The notes below the pieces were generated by a model. It saw nothing but the letters and a program-made list of their open reading frames with translations, was not told the origin of the DNA and ran no database searches. Shown here piece by piece: positions 1 through 4,106 of a DNA stretch of 4,106 nt. The stretch's first letter is position 1. Every line of letters starts with the position of its first letter. The DNA comes from a virus (lineage: Duplodnaviria; Heunggongvirae; Uroviricota; Caudoviricetes). The DNA is taken from IMG/VR virus record IMGVR_UViG_2667528155_000002. One strand, written 5' to 3'. A program made the position numbers and the translations under genes.

Positions 1-174
1 ATCTTTATCAGAGACGGATTCCTTCACCAGATCAGCATGATGCTGATAGCCATTAAAGAAGACGTTCAGCACAACGGCGCTAAGGGTTGCGAGCATAATG
101 CCGCTATGCAGCAACGGTTGCAGTACGGCCGGTAACTTAGAAAAGAAATCGTGAGAGAGCGTCGGAGTCATGCC
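1..174 (-). pseudogene. NCS2 (xanthine/uracil permease family)-like C-terminal fragment, in frame with the phage sheath-like ORF; candidate host-gene remnant
   Basis: Minus-strand translation of about 171..1 reads [57 protein letters not shown]. It contains a 21-residue stretch with no charged residues, and the pattern LP..L.PLL.SGI......A.VLN..F resembles the final TM helix of NCS2 permeases as I recall it (for example ...[20 protein letters not shown] in xanthine permease). This is from memory and unverified. Confidence 0.4.
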
Positions 175-1311
175 AACGTTAATCTGTACGTCAGCGTAAT
201 GAACCGCGCCTGCAAGTTTTATTGCAGCCTGAATCACCGGAGCCTTACGGGCTTCACGTTCTGATTGTGCCTGTTCATCCAGCGGCTGGGCGTATACGTA
301 ATAACCTTTGGGCAGCGTGTCACCTGATGACAACTGGCCAAGGTCGCCACCGTTCCATACGCCCGGAGCAATCAGTCCATTCTGAACGGCCTGATCCAGT
401 GATTTTTCAACATTTGATAACAGTCGGGTAATACCGGCTTCAGTCTGGGGAACCTTCGTGGTGCTGGTATAAAGCAGGTTATAGAGGTTGGTCTGCACAT
501 AATTCTGTAACCAGTCCAGGCCGTGGCGTTCATCAAAGAAATCGCCGTTAGCCATCACTCCCTGCTGGAGGATAGCTGTATCATTCTGGTAGTACACGAA
601 CACATTGCAGTTTTTTGCATCAAGTGCCGATGCCTGGCTGACTGTCAGTGTTTCATACCCGACACCCGGCTCCTGCTTAAACTTGAGCGTAATCGCGGTA
701 TTACTGCCATTGAAATTAACCGTGAATGCCCGGCCAAATGCAGATAACGCAGCGAATTTATTACCCGATGAATATTGTATAAAACTGCGTGAATATCCGG
801 CGCTTTTCAGTTTTGATGCCAAATCATCTCTGGATGCAGTCTGCAGGCATTTCTCATCGCTTGTCGTAATCGCCAGAATACGGCTTACAGAAGAGGATTC
901 GATCGCCGCAGCCACTTTCAGCCAGTCTGCATCCGGAATATCTGCATCGTCTGCAATCCCCAGCCCATACCATGAAGTATAATCAAGCATGGCATTCACA
1001 GCCTGCTCCAGCGTCTCAGGCGTGGCCTGTTCGCTGTCTCCCTTCGTTTTCACCCAACGACCAACAAAAACCTCCTGAGGTTTCGGTGATTGTGAGAAAA
1101 ACACCTGCGCAGCTTTATATTCTGGTGATTCCACGCCAAAATCTTTTCCAATATCTTCCGCGGCAGAATAACGGCGAATGCGCTCACTTACCGGAATGAT
1201 TGTGGACGGGCCGAGAATGAGTAATGCACCAAAATTTCGCCCTGATGCTGCACGCGGCGACATGATCACATCAACATTAACAACGTTTGATACAGGCAAG
1301 CCCTGTGCCAT
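1..1311 (-). CDS. Phage tail-sheath-like structural protein (DUF3383-like N-terminal ~380 aa); 3' end runs off the window; the last ~55 in-window codons look like a permease transmembrane helix, so the ORF may be chimeric
   Basis: I translated the minus strand by hand: ATG at 1311..1309 preceded by GGAG (1323..1320, 8-nt spacer), then 437 sense codons to position 1 with no stop. It is missing from the ORF track, apparently because it has no in-window stop. N-terminus [40 protein letters not shown]... matches my recollection of DUF3383 sheath-like proteins. It is last in a capsid-to-tail gene order. Confidence 0.8.
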   Translation of the reverse strand, partial: MAQGLPVSNVVNVDVIMSPRAASGRNFGALLILGPSTIIPVSERIRRYSAAEDIGKDFGVESPEYKAAQVFFSQSPKPQEVFVGRWVKTKGDSEQATPETLEQAVNAMLDYTSWYGLGIADDADIPDADWLKVAAAIESSSVSRILAITTSDEKCLQTASRDDLASKLKSAGYSRSFIQYSSGNKFAALSAFGRAFTVNFNGSNTAITLKFKQEPGVGYETLTVSQASALDAKNCNVFVYYQNDTAILQQGVMANGDFFDERHGLDWLQNYVQTNLYNLLYTSTTKVPQTEAGITRLLSNVEKSLDQAVQNGLIAPGVWNGGDLGQLSSGDTLPKGYYVYAQPLDEQAQSEREARKAPVIQAAIKLAGAVHYADVQINVGMTPTLSHDFFSKLPAVLQPLLHSGIMLATLSAVVLNVFFNGYQHHADLVKESVSDKD

Positions 1312-1314
1312 AGC

Positions 1315-1878
1315 TTAATCTCCGAAAAAGATGACTGGTGCTTCCACCAGCGATTTAATACCGTACTCGCGCACAACCTTCCGGCGCAGGCGCACCGTCA
1401 TATCGTAGCGGCGGACCCATTGCTGATTAATAAGTTCAGGGAAGGGAGTCAGACCTGTGTAATCGCCAAGAGACAGCCCCAGCGCATTCAGTGCTGCATT
1501 GTTCTGCGGCACAGATATACCGTCACGAAACCGGGACGCATACACCATCCCCGCCGGTCCATAAAACGAAGCCATACACTCAATCGTTTCATGCCGCCAG
1601 AGCTGAGAGCCATCATCGGTCTGTCTGGTGAATGCCGGACTGTCATCACCTGACCATCCGATAACCCCAAACGCACACCAGTTCGTTTCAACCGGTAGCA
1701 GTGGCGGCTGCTCTTTCTGCCAGCGCGGGCGAACCATCCCGGCAGACAGGCCGGAAACGTTACGCATCCACTGGCTTAACAGCCTGTCGAGCGCTTCGTC
1801 ATAATCCGGATCGCCACTGGTTGGTATTAACCATCCGCGCTCTGTACTGGTGTTATTGCTCAACCGGAGTTCCCCCAT
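1315..1878 (-). CDS. Hypothetical phage neck/tail-completion protein (187 aa from ATG 1878; 188 aa if the TTG at 1881 is used)
   Basis: ORF track 1315..1881. The first codon at 1881..1879 is TTG and the second at 1878..1876 is ATG. Stop TAA at 1317..1315. It overlaps the 3' end of the upstream gene by 26 nt, with no strong SD, so translational coupling is likely. It sits between the adaptor-like gene and the sheath-like gene. Confidence 0.7.
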   Translation of the reverse strand: MGELRLSNNTSTERGWLIPTSGDPDYDEALDRLLSQWMRNVSGLSAGMVRPRWQKEQPPLLPVETNWCAFGVIGWSGDDSPAFTRQTDDGSQLWRHETIECMASFYGPAGMVYASRFRDGISVPQNNAALNALGLSLGDYTGLTPFPELINQQWVRRYDMTVRLRRKVVREYGIKSLVEAPVIFFGD

Positions 1879-2242
1879 CAAACGGCATCAACTCACAATG
1901 CGCCTGAACGAATCCGGCACCATACGCTGTATACGGGTCGACGAAAGTCACACGATAATCACGGCCCTGATACGTCACGATATCGGCATCACGGCCAGTC
2001 TGTCCCTGTGTCAGTCGCTCAGTCGTCACAATCAGAATTGCACCACTGATTACCTGCCCGGCCTGCATACGACGGTTTTCCAGAGAGCGATCAACAGTTA
2101 CGACTCCGGCAAACTGCTTTTTAACTTCACTGTCGCTGCCGATCCCGTCCTCATCCACCGTTTGCACTCGGCGTGTTACCCACAAATTGAAGCCGCAAAA
2201 ATCGGGGTCAAAAAGCACATCTGTTACATCAAGAGTCGGCAT
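1853..2242 (-). CDS. Putative phage head-tail adaptor / head-closure-like protein (129 aa)
   Basis: ATG at 2242..2240 preceded by GAGGG (2253..2249, 6-nt spacer). Stop TAA at 1855..1853. It overlaps the upstream gene by 14 nt. Its size and position after the connector-like genes fit an adaptor role; the family call is a weak impression only. Confidence 0.7.
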   Translation of the reverse strand: MPTLDVTDVLFDPDFCGFNLWVTRRVQTVDEDGIGSDSEVKKQFAGVVTVDRSLENRRMQAGQVISGAILIVTTERLTQGQTGRDADIVTYQGRDYRVTFVDPYTAYGAGFVQAHCELMPFDGGTPVEQ

Positions 2243-2783
2243 CTTTATCCCTCACTACATGGGTAATAGCTCTGCGATATTGCCCGGTGTCAATTAATGG
2301 TTTCGCCAGATCGGTTCCGGGAGATTCGCCAGCAACACGCCGGGCAAGTTCCAGTGTTGCCCCCTTGCGCCCCCGACGAGCCCGGGCTTCAACAGTGCTG
2401 TCAGCAAGCGGCGTAAAGCCGGTAATAGTCATGTAACGCCTGACGCCATTAGCGGCCAGCGTTCCGGCACGGTTGAGTGCGCGTTCTGCTCCCGCAGCAT
2501 TACCATCAAGAGCAGCCTGCGCCGCGGTTTTGAGCTGCGGCACCGTCTGCTCTTCTGCCGATTTAACGCCGGGGACCAGGTGAGGTCGTGGCGGGATGTT
2601 CTGCTCTGGTGAGCCGTATTCGTTGAGGTAACCGATGCCCGCATTACCAAACGGAACATCATCCCGCCCGCTGTCTTCCGAAGGGATGCCGACCAGCACA
2701 TCTTTTTTGGTTAACGACCTGAGCGCATCCAGAATGGCCTTAGCGTTATCCACCCTCGTTGTTACACCGCTTTTGAAACTCAT
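2229..2783 (-). CDS. Putative phage neck / virion-morphogenesis (tail-completion-like) protein (184 aa)
   Basis: ATG at 2783..2781 overlaps the upstream TGA stop (2782..2780) in an ATGA arrangement. The protein is Ala/Arg-rich with a C-terminal [13 protein letters not shown] motif reminiscent of phage tail-completion/gp10-type proteins; this assignment is tentative. Confidence 0.7.
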   Translation of the reverse strand: MSFKSGVTTRVDNAKAILDALRSLTKKDVLVGIPSEDSGRDDVPFGNAGIGYLNEYGSPEQNIPPRPHLVPGVKSAEEQTVPQLKTAAQAALDGNAAGAERALNRAGTLAANGVRRYMTITGFTPLADSTVEARARRGRKGATLELARRVAGESPGTDLAKPLIDTGQYRRAITHVVRDKDADS

Positions 2784-3187
2784 AGCTGGCGACCGCCTGC
2801 ACCGAACATCGTGATCAACTGATAAAATTCAGCGCCATATCGGGTGTTATTCCAGAAACCTGCATCAGGATTCAGCGTCGCGCTGGTGTCATAGCTGACG
2901 CTTACCTTGTCAACGGACTTTGAGGACTGAACACCATTGGTTGAACCGCCCGGCCCGCCAGCCAGCATCGCCCGGCTGTCTGCCGCCCAGAGCGTCATGT
3001 AGTGTGCAACGAACAATCCGGCAAAATACGGAAACAACTTTTTGCCGGTGACGTTTTCGCTCAGCAGTTCATCGGCCAGATTCAGACGAAACTGGATTTG
3101 CGCTTCGGGATATTTGGCAGGGTCAGCAAACTGCGGGAAGTCGCGGCGAAAATCACTTACCGCTGGCAGATTTTGATTCTTTGGCAT
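2780..3187 (-). CDS. DUF4054-like phage protein (head-tail connector candidate, 135 aa)
   Basis: ATG at 3187..3185 preceded by GAGGT (3197..3193, 5-nt A-rich spacer). The translation ...[20 protein letters not shown]...VSVSYD...[12 protein letters not shown]... matches the FR..FP.FAD..YP.AQ... pattern I associate with DUF4054. It lies directly downstream of the capsid-like gene. Confidence 0.75.
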   Translation of the reverse strand: MPKNQNLPAVSDFRRDFPQFADPAKYPEAQIQFRLNLADELLSENVTGKKLFPYFAGLFVAHYMTLWAADSRAMLAGGPGGSTNGVQSSKSVDKVSVSYDTSATLNPDAGFWNNTRYGAEFYQLITMFGAGGRQL

Positions 3188-3374
3188 TTTTTACCTCGTT
3201 ACGCGCGTCTGTGGCTTTGCCAACGGATACTTCCGCGTGCGCACGAGTGAACCAGTGCGTGGCAACGTCTTCCTCCACAGCATGACGGCCTTTAACAAAC
3301 TCGCGCCGTGAACCGTCGGGAAGCGTGAGCACAAACGGGGTATGTACGTGTATTACTGCATTATTTTTTGCCAT
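3153..3374 (-). CDS. Small phage protein of unknown function (73 aa, Lys-rich C-terminus)
   Basis: ATG at 3374..3372 preceded by AAGGA (3386..3382, 7-nt spacer). It sits between the capsid-like gene and the DUF4054-like gene, and its 3' end overlaps the next gene by 35 nt. No family recognised. Confidence 0.6.
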   Translation of the reverse strand: MAKNNAVIHVHTPFVLTLPDGSRREFVKGRHAVEEDVATHWFTRAHAEVSVGKATDARNEVKNAKESKSASGK

Positions 3375-3387
3375 CGGGTCATCCTTA

Positions 3388-3408
3388 ATGGCCCCGCCAG
3401 GGGGCCAT
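3388..3408 (-). promoter_or_regulatory. GC-rich stem-loop (8-bp perfect stem, 5-nt loop) in the capsid / small-ORF intergenic region
   Basis: Plus strand 3388-3395 ATGGCCCC and 3401-3408 GGGGCCAT are exact reverse complements, with loop GCCAG at 3396-3400. On the mRNA it lies 7 nt after the capsid stop (TAA at 3418..3416) and ends 1 nt before the SD of the next gene. There is no U-tract, so it is not a canonical intrinsic terminator. Confidence 0.5.
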
Positions 3409-3415
3409 GTGGCTG

Positions 3416-4105
3416 TTAAATGCCATCAACGTACGAAATGGTTTCTTTGTACACTGGCTCAACCGCACCCAGCTTGCCGTAGTAAGTGACGATCTGATAC
3501 AGACCGCGATACTGCACCGGCACGCTCTGAAGCGGAACCAGCGGGTAGCGAACGTATTTTTTATCGTTGGTGTACGCAACCATGCGATCCTTTTTCCTCA
3601 CACCACGGCCTTTCAGCCATTTAACCGCGCGGATATTCAGCGGAACACCGTTCTGGTGATAGCTGATGGTGTTGGTCTGAAGATACGTCAACAGGGACTG
3701 GTTACCCGCAGATGAAACGATGATGCTGGACAACAGAGCAAACTGCTCAGGCGGGATCAGCAAATCACGCGGAACCACAGAGTAACCGGAAGCGGCCCAC
3801 GCATCAGACAGCACCTGGTTAATGCTTGCGCGGATTTCGTCCGGTGTTGAGGTTGCCCACGTTTTGGCAGCGTTGTTGACAGGCACGCCGTCCAGGGTAA
3901 CAAGGCCTTTCAGGTTTAATGCGGAATCGCCAACATATACCTGTTCATCGTTATCCATCTGCCATTTCAGTTGCATACCGTCATACTTCTGCGTATCAAT
4001 CGGGCGGCCGACCTGCTGAGCAGCCTGCAATTCTATGACCGTCCAGCCAAGTTCCATCCCCCACAGGTTCAGCGGGTTACCGGATTTGCCGATATCCACG
4101 TTCAC
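3416..4105 (-). CDS. Putative phage major capsid protein, C-terminal 229 aa; 5' end lies beyond the window
   Basis: The reading frame is open from the window edge (the first in-window codon is GTG, so the true start is upstream) to TAA at 3418..3416. It is the first and probably largest gene of the module, followed by a stem-loop, a small ORF and a DUF4054-like gene, which is the typical capsid position. Family identity is not verified. Confidence 0.75.
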   Translation of the reverse strand: MNVDIGKSGNPLNLWGMELGWTVIELQAAQQVGRPIDTQKYDGMQLKWQMDNDEQVYVGDSALNLKGLVTLDGVPVNNAAKTWATSTPDEIRASINQVLSDAWAASGYSVVPRDLLIPPEQFALLSSIIVSSAGNQSLLTYLQTNTISYHQNGVPLNIRAVKWLKGRGVRKKDRMVAYTNDKKYVRYPLVPLQSVPVQYRGLYQIVTYYGKLGAVEPVYKETISYVDGI

Positions 4106-4106
4106 G

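Noticed and set aside
222-1199. Plus-strand ORFs 222..431, 523..747, 605..982 and 972..1199 (69-125 aa)
   Set aside because: All lie antisense inside the 437-codon minus-strand sheath-like ORF. They have no convincing SD and low-complexity, Cys/Arg-rich translations typical of antisense frames of a real gene.
1879-1881. TTG at 1881 as the true start of the 188-aa ORF
   Set aside because: An ATG follows immediately at 1878..1876. The ORF track simply reports the longest frame, so I prefer the ATG, though neither has a strong SD.
1420-2266. Plus-strand ORFs 1420..1653, 1701..1907 and 1850..2266, and minus-strand ORF 1488..1691
   Set aside because: They are antisense to, or in alternative frames within, the tightly coupled minus-strand genes at 1315..1878 and 1853..2242. 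There are no start signals and the composition is implausible.
2429-2701. Minus-strand 90-aa ORF 2429..2701
   Set aside because: It is entirely nested in another frame of the 184-aa gene (2229..2783). Its Arg/Ser-rich translation looks like a frame artefact of GC-rich coding sequence.
3388-3408. The hairpin read as a canonical Rho-independent terminator
   Set aside because: There is no U-tract after the stem on the transcribed (minus) strand; the stem is followed directly by UAAGGAUGA and the next start codon. I kept it only as a possible attenuator or stability element.
3002-4019. Plus-strand ORFs 3002..3250, 3407..3715 and 3822..4019, and minus-strand ORF 3385..3579
   Set aside because: They are antisense to, or out of frame with, the capsid-like, 73-aa and DUF4054-like genes. 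No SD motifs were seen, and accepting them would break an otherwise coherent operon.
1-4106. tRNA, rRNA, CRISPR array, IS element or att-site direct repeats
   Set aside because: Reading both strands I saw no cloverleaf-like or repeat-spacer structure and no terminal inverted repeats. Coding density on the minus strand is near 100%, which leaves no room for such elements. I could not do a systematic repeat search by eye, so short repeats may have been missed.

Overview
The window is one uninterrupted block of minus-strand genes with the order and packing of a tailed-phage late (virion morphogenesis) operon, most likely from a prophage in an enterobacterial-like host (about 50-55% GC by eye). 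Transcription runs from high to low coordinates: a putative major capsid protein with its 5' end outside the window (4105..3416), a GC-rich stem-loop, a small 73-aa protein, a DUF4054-like head-tail connector candidate, two neck/adaptor-like proteins, a 187-aa protein, and a tail-sheath-like ORF (1311..1) that has no in-window stop and so is absent from the supplied ORF track. The main find is that the last ~55 codons of that sheath-like ORF (about 1-170) read like the final transmembrane helix of an NCS2 nucleobase permease rather than a phage structural protein. I interpret this as a possible in-frame phage/host junction left by a deletion, i.e. the edge of a defective prophage. All family assignments are from reading the translations and from memory of these families; no searches were run. 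I saw no tRNA, rRNA, CRISPR array, IS element or convincing plus-strand gene.
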